Assembly (NCBI GenBank): GCA_907165135.1
Contig: OU015567.1
Location: forward strand, 3,596,001-3,660,000
Source: Oikopleura dioica
Lineage: Eukaryota > Animalia > Chordata
Direction: 5' to 3'
Length of the DNA stretch: 64,000 nucleotides
The position numbers and the translations under genes are program-made. Shown here in pieces: positions 38,148 to 49,541 of this stretch (positions are counted from its first letter, which is position 1; each line of letters starts with the position of its first letter). Under the pieces are notes generated by a model that did no database searches, was not told where the DNA came from, and saw only the letters and a program-made list of their open reading frames with translations.

Positions 38148-38802
38148 CCTGGCTATTAGCTGGCGAAACAGTCGACAAAGGACGAAGAGCCGCTTCCGTC
38201 GGACTGCAAACCGGAGAAGCCCAAAACAACTTCGCATTCCAGAACCATAAATTCCGAAGATATTCATGCATTCCCCAATCATACTCTACATTACACCGCA
38301 TACATAGCAAAACAGCACCACCGAGCCCAAAAACCAACCAAAACGGTTATTACTCGTATGCGGTCCATAATGACGTACCTTAATAATAAAAGCCGCGAAA
38401 AATTATTACGAGTTTAAAAAACAAAACAGAAACCATAATAAAACATTAAGAATTACACTTTAAATAGTATCTTAAAAAAAAAACATATGATAGAAACATA
38501 ACATAGCCAGAACAGCAGAACCAAGCCGAAACAATAAACCAACGCGGTTAATGACGCGTATATAAATTGAACCAATAAAAGCGCACAGAAAATGAAACAA
38601 CACAGAGAAAAGACCGAAATAAAAAACCATAAAAGAATAGTATGAAATGAGAATATATATAAACAGAAAAAAATAATGAGAAAACTAAAATATTTTCGAT
38701 TAATCCCAAAAACCCACGACTGGACCATAATGACGCGTAATTTAACACACAAAAACTCAAAAAAAGTCCCAATAACACATTAGGCCTACCGGCCTGAGTA
38801 AA

Positions 38803-39219
38803 CCCTGATTTTTCTTATTTTTTTCCACGAGTCGTATTCACACCCTTGATTTTTCTTATATTTTTTCCACGTCCCATTTTCACAACCTTGAATTTCTTTT
38901 TTCCAAGACCCATATTGAAATGCTAGAAAAACTCTTATGGCACTCGACAAAAAATCAAAAAACGTTTCCTTTTTTCCTCGTCCACTCTTAACAGTTCCTT
39001 TTTTCCTCGTCCACTCTTAACAGTTCCTTTTTTCCTCGTCCACTCTTAACAGTTCCTTTTTACCTCGTCCAAGCTTAAAAGTTCCTTTTTTACTCGTCCA
39101 AGCTTAAAAGTTCCTTTTTTACTCGTCCAAGCTTAAAAGTTCCTTTTTTCCTCGTCCAAGCTTAAAAGTTCCTTTTTTCCCCGTCCAAGGCTGAAAAGTT
39201 CCAAAATTTGTATTATGCC
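38803..39219. repeat. Candidate right TIR of the giant element: ~40-bp repeats, then about eight 29-bp tandem units, ending CCAAAATTTGTATTATGCC
   Basis: Unit GTTCCTTTTTTCCTCGTCCAxxCTTAAxA from 38,964 to 39,202; sharp junction to host sequence at 39,220. Confidence 0.7.
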
Positions 39220-40140
39220 GGAATACAAATTCGCTTAAATTTTATAATTTTCAAGGGGGAACGGGCCCGAATTGTTTCTTTTATGTTTTACAAGATTAAT
39301 TATTGAAAATTCTCAATATTTTTAATCGGCGGACAACCCCCTAAAGAAGAAGTGTAAATAAAAACCTATGATCATAACAGTGATCCAAAATATAGAACCA
39401 AGCGAAAGATAGCTGAAAAGCTGGCGATCTGTAGCGTTTCCATGTTTTGCCAGGCTCATTTTTGCAGTCATTTTTTTCTTCCATGTTTTCTCTTTTTCCA
39501 AATCTTCTTTTTGGGTACGAATGCTTCGAATGGTCAAAATTTCTTCAGGAAACAAATAAACTTTCTTCCCTTTTTGTCTTAAAACACCAACACAGTCGCA
39601 ATCGAGACACTTTTAAACAAAGTTCTTTTATCTTTGTTATCGAAACTTAAATTACCTGGATTTTGCAATGAAATATTGCAATTTCCTTATTTGTTTCTTC
39701 TTCCATTACTAATGGATAGGTAAACTTGATGAAAAATGAGCTCTTTTAAGAGGTTTTCTGTACATATTCTGAACCGTTAGAGCCTCCTCTACAAGCTCAT
39801 AAAGTGGGCTTTCTCCAGAAATGGGGAGAAGAAAAGTTATGAGCCCTTAACCCAGATTGGCCAAATTTCGGGACTTTGGAAGGCCTAAAACCCCTCAGGG
39901 CATGAGCAAAACCCCCAAGTATGAATAGTCAAAATGATCCCCAGCTTCTGAGGATTCTAAAACTGTATTATATTCCCTGATTTATAAGCTCTAAAAAGAG
40001 CTCATTTTTCATCAAGTTTACCTACTAATGGACCATTAGCGATTTCTTTCTTGCTTACCAAAAATTTTGAAAGAAAATTTTTTATCACGTACAGAAGTTT
40101 CTGAGGCATATTCAAGGCATTCAGTTTTGCCGAATCTTGT
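39220..40140 (-). pseudogene. Truncated copy of the membrane-anchored Cys-rich gene at 42,644-44,033
   Basis: Near-identical to 43,385-44,030; exon 1 is interrupted by the hAT MITE and the large Cys-rich exon is cut after ~10 nt at 39,220. Confidence 0.8.
39717..40024. mobile_element. hAT-type MITE, 308 bp, 8-bp TSD CTAATGGA
   Basis: TIR TAGGTAAACTTGATGAAAAATGAGCTCTTTT and its reverse complement; TSD at 39,709-39,716 and 40,025-40,032; empty paralogous site at ~43,913. Confidence 0.95.
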
Positions 40141-40269
40141 GACATTTAAAAGGGAACAAAGGGGGAACTCAACTGTCATTATGCCAGACAAGAAGTCGTG
40201 AGTTGAAGATGGTTTTGGGATATTCTTGCTAGAAAGGTTCGCTTTTTCAAGTATATTTGTGGAAAATTT

Positions 40270-40852
40270 GCGAATGGAGGAAAATAAAACGACAATAAAT
40301 CCAATTTTTCGAAGAAGAATCCAGGTAGCCTAAGCTTTTTTTTAAACATCAAACGTATTTGCTCAAAAGTGTCTCGACTGCGACTGTATCGGTGTTTTGA
40401 GAGAGAAAGACAACCATGTTTATCTATTGCCAGAAGATGTTCTGACAACTCGGAGCATTCGCACTCAAAAAGAAGATTATGAAAAAGAGAAAACATGGAA
40501 GAAAAAAATCACTGCAAAAATGAGCCTGGCAAAACATGGAAACGCGACAGATCGTCAATTTTATAGTTATCTTTCGCTCGGTTCTGCGTTTTGGATCACT
40601 GTCATGATTATCGGTAAGTTCTTCGCCGTAAAGAAAAACCTAGAATTATCCTTTCAGAATTTTCTAACATTTTCTAGCAAATTTTTATTCTTTGGAGAAA
40701 TCACGCGGGGTGACAACTTTTCTGACCACGACTTGTCACCGAAACTATAAAAAATGCGTTCGAATGGCATCCATGGATTTCTGTGGACATTTGTTGAAGC
40801 AGTGCTATGAAACCCAAAAGTTTATCCTTCCTGAACCAGTTTCCATGATCGA
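40270..40852 (+). pseudogene. 3'-truncated copy of the gene at 44,162-45,306
   Basis: Near-identical to 44,160-44,740; similarity stops at ATGATCGAGG (40,852), where orphan gene X begins. Confidence 0.75.
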
Positions 40853-40883
40853 GGAAAAACTTTCATCGGAAAACTTTCATAAG

Positions 40884-42463
40884 TTACGATTGAAATTCGT
40901 TATAAATATGAATCATGTTGTGTAACTGTGTCTCAAGAATGTCAAGAAAGGATGATTCAATCGCGTCGACCATATTGAAATTAAGAACTATTTTTTCAAG
41001 TTTTTCAGCATTTGACTTCAATATAAAAGGGTTAACAAAATAATCAGAATCCATCCGTAGAGAGCCATTTCGAAAAATTCCGAAGGAAAAGAGATTCATT
41101 CCATTAAAAAAGTTTCCCTCGAGAAATTTGGCTATTTTTAAATTTCGGTATTCTTCTGGGATATTGATTTTGAATCCAAAACGCTTAGTCCCATTCAAGT
41201 TCATCTTAATTGTCGAAATATGTTTTATTTTGCCAAGGGAGTAAAACCAAGAATCAGGAATGATCATTTTGTAAAATTTTACTCCCGTGAACAGGTTCAT
41301 GCCTGGCGCCGGAAATTGCCCCTGTTCGTAAAGATTCTTTGAGAACTTCGGAAAAACGTCGTCGTGAAAAGAAAACTTAGGATTGCTTGTAACATGCATT
41401 TTCTTTTTCAATGGTTGTTGGACAAATTCAGTCTCGATATTTTCTTTTCGGAGGGTTTCAAAAGTACCTTTTTAAAAGCTTTGAATAGTCAATTTTTTAA
41501 AACCCTCTCCTTTATTATATTTGATTTCGAATATGATGTCAAAAACACTGTTTTGAATAAGTATTTTCTCGTCATGAATAAATCCATGCCCAAAGTATTC
41601 GCATTCGTCATTGTTCAAACCTTTCTGATCAGTATAGTAAGGATCATCTGCTGCAAACATTGTCGAATAACATTCTGATTTTTCTTCGTATTCAATTAGT
41701 GAGCCGATCCACTCGCGCCCAAGAGTAAGAAATTTTCCTTCTGCCTCCAAATGCAAAGAATAAAGTGTGTTTGAGAGATCGATACTTCTTGTCACGATTA
41801 TTAAAAGAAGTTTGCTCATGTCAATCTTAAAGGGGTCCAAATAAAGAATGAAATTATTTTAAGTAATTATAAGATTTCAACCCTTTTCAAAGAAATAACA
41901 TGGACTGGGTTCAACTCGCTTAGTTCTATGGGAATTTGAATCTCGTTCTTTTTCCAACCTTTCTCAAATTCTTCGTCCTTTCGGATTCTGTTCAGGGCCA
42001 TTGTGGTCGATAGTTTAATGTAATGATCGCCCAGCTTGACGCTCATCAAGTAGAATACTCCTTTGAAGCTGACTGAAGACACTTTCGCGTTAAAATGGTT
42101 GCTAGGTATGAAGCCCTGCGCTAACTTTACAAGAGTTTTGAATACATAAAATAACAGATAAGTGACTGTTAATGATTTCACTTCTTCTTTGAACTCTTCC
42201 TCAAAACGCCTTAAATTGTAATCAGGAGCATAGTAATAGCATTTGTCAATTTTTGCAGTTGGACGGCTTTTTATGGTTAAAAATGACATTTCTTCTATTT
42301 TAAAATGGATCATATTTTCGACCATTTTCAGATGACGACGACTGGAAAAACTTTTGTTCCTTTCTCTTCTCGACGGATTTCGATGTGATGAGTTCCGATT
42401 GATGATCCGAAGTGGAAGACGAAAAAACCTCTTCAACTTGAGCTTCACACAGTTGATATTCAA
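40884..42463 (-). CDS. Orphan gene X (copy 1), multi-exon, function unknown
   Basis: Three ORFs with a diverged paralog at 49.5-51.1 kb (e.g. MHVTSNPxFxFHDDVFP; KGVFYLMSVKLGD). Confidence 0.65.
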
Positions 42464-42643
42464 TTGTAAAGACTTACATTGTATTCAGTCGATTCGGAAT
42501 GAAGATTGAAATGGCTCCAGTTTCTGTCAATCTTTGCAAGTTTCCGAGGGCATCGACCAAATAATGCTCGCCATTGAGAAAAGTGGACCCGGTAGACTTT
42601 AACGATTTCATTGATATTCTTTTCATTTCTTATTGCAATTTTT

Positions 42644-44033
42644 TTAATCAAAAATAATTAAAAACTCAGAAAACCGTTCATAAGGGAAAAAAGAATGAGA
42701 AATATCTATTCGTTTCGAGATATCACCAAAATCCGAAAAAATAATCGGAAATGTTTCTTTTTGAATTTTGTCTCGATTCGCCAATCGACCATGTAAATGT
42801 TTAGGATCATGATGGGATCCGGTAACAAATCGAACACCACTATGCCATGTGTTGTCAGTAAAAATCGAGCCAGCTACTTCATCGGAAACTGAGAAGCCTG
42901 TGGAATTTTTATGCAGATTGAAAACAGGAACAAGTTTCTGGCGCGATTCAAATTTCTCACACTTGTAAAATTGGCAAGGACATCCGTTCAAACAGTGTTT
43001 CTGAAATGGACAGACTTCTCCGGCTCCCTTAGCTGATCTTGTCAGTTCGAAACACATTGAATCACATAGAGACACCGGATAAGTCCTTGTTGATTCCAAG
43101 ACGAGCGTTTTCGAGCAAAGATGACGGCAGACGTTTTGGTCGTAAAACTGTTTCTTCTGGCAGCGGAGAAGATTGACTTCAGTTTCTTCTCTTGTGAACT
43201 TAAGACCCGCAGTTTTCGCGTGCTCGATCATAGAAACCGGTTCGGGAAGGGTAAACTCTTGAGTTTCATAGCACTGCTTCAACAAATGTCCACAGTAGTC
43301 CATTGTTGCTGTTCTAACGCATATCTTATAGTTTCGATGACAAGTCGTCGTCAGAACAGTTGTTACTCCGCGTGATCTCTCCAAGGAATACAAATTCGCT
43401 AAAATTTTATAATTTTCAAGGGGGAACGGGCCCGGTTCTTTTAAAATCGGCCTTTTATGAATAATTCATAATGAATTGTTTCTTTTATTTTTTACAAGAT
43501 TAATTATTGAAAATTCTCAATATTTTTAATCGGCGGACAACCCCCTAAAGAAGAAGTGTAAATAAAAACCTATGATCATAACAGTGATCCAAAATATAGA
43601 ACCAAGCGAAAGATAGCTGAAAAGCTGGCGATCTGTAGCGTTTCCATGTTTTGCCAGGCTCATTTTTGCAGTCATTTTTTTCTTCCATGTTTTCTCTTTT
43701 TCCAAATCTTCTTTTTGGGTACGAATGCTTCGAATGGTCATAATTTCTTCAGGAAACAAATAAACTTTCTTCCCTTTTTGTCTTAAAACACCAACACAGT
43801 CGCAATCGAGACACTTTTAAACAAAGTTCTTTTATCTTTGTTATCAAAACTTAAATTACCCGGATTTTGCAATGAAATATTGCAATATCCTTATTTGTTT
43901 CTTCTTCCATTACTAATGGACCATTAGCGATTTCTTTCTTGCTTACCAAAAATTTTGTAAGAAAAATTTTTATCACGTACAGAAGTTTCTGAGGCATATT
44001 CAAGGCATTCAGTTTTGCCGAATCTTGTGACAT
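42644..44033 (-). CDS. Type II membrane-anchored Cys-rich protein
   Basis: TM helix YLSLGSIFWITVMII, then CP-FQKHC-LNGCPC-QFYKC module; three exons. Confidence 0.75.
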
Positions 44034-44161
44034 TTAAAAGGGAACAAAACGGGAACTCAACTGTCATTATGCCAGACAAGAAGTCGTGAGTTGAAGATCT
44101 TTTTGGGATATTCTTGCTAGAAAGGTTCGCTTTTTCAAGTATATTTGTCGTAAATTTGGAA

Positions 44162-45306
44162 ATGGAAGAAAATAAAACGACAATAAATCCAATTTTTCGA
44201 AGAAGAATCCAGGTAACTTTAGTTTTTTTTAAACATCAAACGTCTTTACTCAATAGTGTCTCGACTGCGACTGTATCGGTGTTTTGAGAGAGAAAGACAA
44301 CCATGTTTATCTATTGCCAGAAGATGTTCTGACAACTCGGAGCATTCGCACTCAAAAAGAAGATTATGAAAAAGAGAAAACATGGAAGAAAAAAATCACT
44401 GCAAAAATGAGCCTTGCAAAACATGGAAACGCGACAGATCGTCAATTTTATAGTTATCTTTCGCTCGGTTCTGCGTTTTGGATCACTGTCATGATTATCG
44501 GTAAGTTCTTCGCCGTAAAGAAAAACCTAGAATTATCCTTTCAGAATTTTCTAACATTTTCTAGCAAATTTTTATTCTTTGGAGAAATCACGCGGGGTGA
44601 CAACTTTTCTGACCACGACTTGCCACCGAAACTATAAAAGATGCGTTCGAATGGCATCCATGGATTTCTGTGGACATTTGTTGAAGCAGTGCTATGAAAC
44701 TCAAGAGTTTATCCTTCCTAAACCGGTTTCCATGATCGAGGACGCAAGGACTGCGCCTCTTTTGTTCACAACTGAGGAAAATGATGTGAATTTTCGCCGC
44801 TGCCAGAAGAAACAGTTTTACGACCAAAATGTCTGCCGTCATCTCTGTTCAGAAACACTGGTCTTGGAATCAAAAAGGTCTAATCCGATATCACCCTGTG
44901 AGTCAATGTGTTTTGATTTGACAAGATCTTCGAAAGGAGCTGGAGAAATCTGCCCATTTCAGAAATACTGCTCGAATGGATGTCCGTGCCCTTTTTATGA
45001 TTGCGAGAAATTTGAATCTCGCCAGAAACTTGTCCCCGTTTTCGATCTTCAAATGGGCTCAATAAGCAACACAACTATTAATCAACAAATCGCTCATGCA
45101 ATGAATACGAATTTATATCAGAATCATTTTAGAAAATTCATCGGATCTCATCAACCTAAAAATTTACAGAGTAGATGGATAATTAGAAAAGACATTAAAA
45201 ACGTACATTTCCAATTATTCTTTCGGATCTTGGTGATACCGTAAAACGAACAAATGTATCAGATTCTTTTTTTCAATATGAACGGTTTTCTGAAAATCTT
45301 AGTTAA
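44162..45306 (+). CDS. Head-to-head paralog of the Cys-rich membrane protein; 1-bp shift near 45,195
   Basis: Same TM and GCPC module; the C-terminal FPIILSDLGD..YERFSE appears in the next frame after an A-run. Confidence 0.75.
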
Positions 45307-45455
45307 ATGATTTATTATTTTTTATTTTGGTCTTTGTTATGTAAAATTGAATTAAAGTCGTAAGCAACGAGGGCTGGATTATTTGAAATCAATACAAATA
45401 AAAACCATCTAAACACCCATATTTCGGGAATTCGGCCATCCTTATTGCTGAATAA

Positions 45456-45662
45456 TGTGGGGTTCGATAAGTCAATCCACAATCCTCTGGTCACCAGGGG
45501 CGTCTCTATGCATTACCATTAACGACCACCTTATAAGCTGTGCTCCAACTGAATCTCAACAAGCTTGACAATATTCGGAATATTCGGAATAAACCAAATT
45601 ATCAAATTAACCAGAGAGTTTATACTTTTAACCATAAGGGTTCGATTTGTTCGAGCCCTACA
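45456..45662 (+). repeat. 5' LTR (207 bp)
   Basis: TGTGGGGTTCGA...TCGAGCCCTACA. Confidence 0.9.
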
Positions 45663-48600
45663 AATGGTGACTGAAGCTTCGAGCTGATGTCCCGGTCAAA
45701 AAGAGAGCCATCCATCACAGCCGTCATAACACTTCTACACTAGAGACACCGAAAACAACAGAATATAACTGCAACACAACAACACGACCAGCAAAAACTC
45801 ACCAACAAAACACATTACCAAACCGCATCAGTCTTAGCCAGAACAAGAACCTTCAATACACACCAAAGGACACCACAAGTGACAAACCTACAAGGACACT
45901 ATCACATGGACTTGGAAACTCGGTTTCCCTGTTGAATGAACACCCTGCTCATCCAAAGACAAAACTTCGTAAACTTCACCGTCCAAAGATCAACGTTGCT
46001 ATTTAGCGGTCACCGTCAGCGAACACCGATTAAATTAACAGCGTAATTATCCCGTTGGATACATCCGCAGAGCTGCACCAATTGATCTTTTGATAAATTG
46101 TGATAATTACCACCAAACATACGCAGCAGCTTCTCGGTAATAAACCGGAGACAGCCATCAACGAAATCTAGCCAGAGAGGGGAAAAACATGGAACTTACG
46201 AAATTTGAAAGAGAACACTTGGAATTCGCTCCGACATGGCATCGTCCCTACGACTGCACAGAAGAAGAGGATCTCATTTCTTTTCGACAATTTGTGAGAG
46301 AAATCGAGGTTTTCAAAGAAACCTACAAACTCAAAGCTGATGCAGCAATATATATTTCAATGCTCCGATAAGGAGGAGAGGCCCTAAACATCTGAGATTG
46401 ACTGCTACTTATCTGCCTCAAGTGACACCGACTCGGAAGATGATTCAAACTCGTATGTGACTTACGATTCTGACTCAGAATAATGAATTGGCTTGATTAA
46501 TAAGATGAGATAAATACGATCTGTGATGAAATAAAAAGGAGGGATGAAACTGAAAAAAAAGCAAAACATGATGCCGCTCTTTGAGAGAATATTGAAAAGA
46601 GAATGCAGCAATGATATGATGAGCATAAATCCGAGGAAGTCACCAGAAAATCAAAAGAATTCGAAGGAAAAACCCCGGCCGGGTTCGGAAAAGATGAGTT
46701 ACGATACGACCGCAGCTGAGACGCTGCGAGGGACCTCATATCGTACAATCCGAGAAGCAGGAAACGATATGACGGAAACAAATCTACTTCACTGGATGAT
46801 ACCAAGAATATGCGAGGTACAACGAGTCTACTCCATCCAAGTCACAGGTTTCTGATTTGAACATCGTAGTATATGAATGCAAATTAGCCCATCTATCGGC
46901 GCAGCTTGAGGACTGCAAATATGAGCCTTGAGCAGATGCTTTTAACATAGAAAACCGAATGTGCCGATCCAGCCGCTAGAATTGTACTCGCCGAGCTCCC
47001 CGTGATCGGTTACTTTGATAAGGACGACCCCGAAATTGGCCAACGCTATCTTATAGTAGTTGAGTCGGTTGGCTTCGAGGGGAAGTATTTGAACTTCTTA
47101 TACTACCTTGAAGGTTCCCTTGTCTGTCGATTCTTCTTCTAATGCTTGTTTTAGTAATCGCCGCTTTTCTAAAGTAATATGCGGATTGGAGTTGATTGGC
47201 CAACATCACATTACCCAGCGAAGAAGGAACAAAACTTGCTCTCACTCCCTATCGATGCCGGCTCGCAGACCTGCCAAGCTCACTAATTCGCCACTTCGCT
47301 ATGAAGCCTCAAGAGTTTCGCCGGAAACAAAAGGAGCTTGAAAAAGCATTTCCTCAGTTTACTTTTGCACGTGATCAGCTTCATCTGCCACGCAAAGCGG
47401 CACAGCGGCTCGAGCTCGAGCGAATCTTCTCTTCCCATCTTGCTAAGAGTTACATGAACATTACTACCAAATATCAGGAGCAGCTCGAGTTGCGCTGCAA
47501 TCTTTCTGAAAATTAGTCGAATTTCGATTTTATGAAATCTGTCCAATTAAGAGTAGAGTAAATTGCTGAATCCTTGTTTGCTTTTAGAATCATGTCCCGA
47601 CGAAGTCCAAAGCTTTCTGATCTATCTGATGATCCATAAAACAACCGTATTCCGACCGGAATTGTGAGGCCCTCCCGAATTGACAACAGGCAGTCATCTT
47701 CTTCAACCAGTGATGATGATGAAACAGAGAGCGTCATTCCTACGCCGGCCCCACGACAGTTATCAATCACAATTGATAATCCACCCGAAAGAGCTAGTCC
47801 TCCGGTCTTGGTGACCTTCAATGATGATCGTTCATCTAGAACTACTGGCTTTCCACGACAAACAGTTGCTATCCAATGGCCATTAACCAGGAATCAATTC
47901 TCTTCCAACCGTTTTTTGACATCTCGTAGGTTCGTTTCTCCTCCACTTTATAACAATCTTAGGCGATGCTGAAACTTTCCACGGCATTTCGATCGAAACT
48001 TTGACTAACTCCAGCAACAAATTCATCGCAAACCAACTATCGGCTCTTGGTCGGCAGCTACTATTGGGCGAGTGCCGTACTGTCTTCGAGGACGAAGATT
48101 CGATTCTTCTTTCTAGAATATTGTACGCCGATCTTCCCATCCAAATTGTAACAACCTTGTCGGGCGTTTTGCACGGCTGCTCCTGTCGTTACAACGGCCG
48201 ATTCGACACTCAGATAAGTGGAAAGTCGGTTCGAATGTCCGTGACCGTCAACTTGTCATCCCATTGCTAAAAACGGAGATGATTAGCGACATGAGTAGTA
48301 ACAGGTCAGTCACTGTATCAAATTTATTACGACTTTTCCCTACTCGTCGATTTAAAGCCGAAAAATATTACACCGGCAACTGTTTTTGCGGTACTCTCAT
48401 GCTTCCTGTCCATATTCAATAGATCAGTAATAAAAGTTTCTTTGTTGATGTCTTTTTCATGCTGGTTTGACGTATCTTGTAACCGCTCAATCTTCTTGTT
48501 CATCATTGACATTTCCCTTAAATGCACAAATATGATTATTATATACCTATGAAAAAACGACCGCTCGTGCCGTTGGAAGAGATGGATCGAAAATTTTTCC

Positions 48601-48669
48601 ATCAACTTTTTTCTCCCATTTGTGCCACTTAACCATTAATTGACCGGATGTCCCTGGAGGTCCGAGAAT

Positions 48670-48880
48670 TGTGGGGTTCGATAAGTCGATCCATTATTCT
48701 CTGGTCACCAGGGGCGTCTCTATGCACTACCATTTACGACCACCTTATAAGCTGTGCCTCGACTGTGCCTCTTGTCAACAAGCTTGACAAGATTCGGAAT
48801 ATTCGGAATAAACCAAATTATCAAATTAACCAGAGAGTTAATATTTTGACCATCAGGGTTCGACTTGCTCGAGCCCTACA
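48670..48880 (+). repeat. 3' LTR (211 bp)
   Basis: TGTGGGGTTCGA...TCGAGCCCTACA. Confidence 0.9.
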
Positions 48881-49541
48881 ATAGGGCCGTTTTGGGGTGT
48901 TGAGATTTGTGTTGATTTCAAATTATCTAGCCAACGTTGCCATTAAAGGCAGCGTCAATGATTCTTAAAATTTCAAGATCAAAAGAAAGGCCAATCGACA
49001 AAAATTGTACAGGTCCCGTTAGAGGGAGGTGCCTGGAACCGACAAAAAAATCCCGACAAAAATTTCATTATTTTCAAGTAAATTTCAGTAGCCCACCATT
49101 ATCTGCTTGGCTAAGGAAAGTCTCTCAAAACTGCCTTGAAATGTCCATTAAAGCCTATAATTTATAGGCTTAAAAGGCCATTTCTTCATTGTTTTAAGAA
49201 AAAACACTTCTCAAAAAACTTAAGAGTTATTTTTCTGAAGTGTCTTTTTTGAAAATTTTGTCGGAATTTTTATGTCGATTCCAGAAAATATTCCCCGTAA
49301 GGGGTTTTTTTAAGCGCACTCCCGTAAAGGGGTTAAGAAATAGTCAGTAAAATCGTTTAAGTCTACCGGATCCACTTTTATCAATGGGGAACATTATTTG
49401 GTGGATGCCCTCGGAAATTTACAAATATTGACAGAAACAGGAATTCGCTCGCTCTTTATCGCAAATCGACTGGAATTAATGTAGGCTTTCTCAACTAAAT
49501 ATCACTGATTTTAATTTTAAGAGGTTTTTTCATCTTCCATT

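Larger units (their letters stand above)
1..39219. mobile_element. Candidate giant MULE (Mutator-superfamily) transposon, right part, >39 kb; left end outside the window
   Basis: Intact MULE transposase; tandem-repeat subterminal region ending at 39,219; host sequence after 39,219 matches the paralog at 43,385 exactly from the junction and differs immediately before it; cargo of divergent DNA-maintenance genes. Unity of the whole 39 kb is inferred. Confidence 0.65.
45456..48880 (+). mobile_element. Internally deleted LTR retroelement (3.4 kb); no intact pol
   Basis: Direct repeats 45,456-45,662 and 48,670-48,880, both TGT...ACA with a terminal inverted repeat; PBS-like TGGTGACTGAAG at 45,665; flanks ATAA/ATAG; decayed gag-like ORF pieces at 46,189-46,855. 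Confidence 0.85.

Noticed and set aside
38964-39202. CRISPR-like array
   Set aside because: The 29-bp units are contiguous with no unique spacers, in a eukaryotic context.
1-39219. Endogenous giant virus or Polinton interpretation
   Set aside because: No capsid, packaging ATPase, family-B polymerase or retroviral-type integrase motifs were recognised; the only mobility enzyme is a MULE transposase. The unseen left part could change this.
49290-49336. piggyBac-like end CCCGTAAAGGGG|TTAA
   Set aside because: No matching left end was found in the window.
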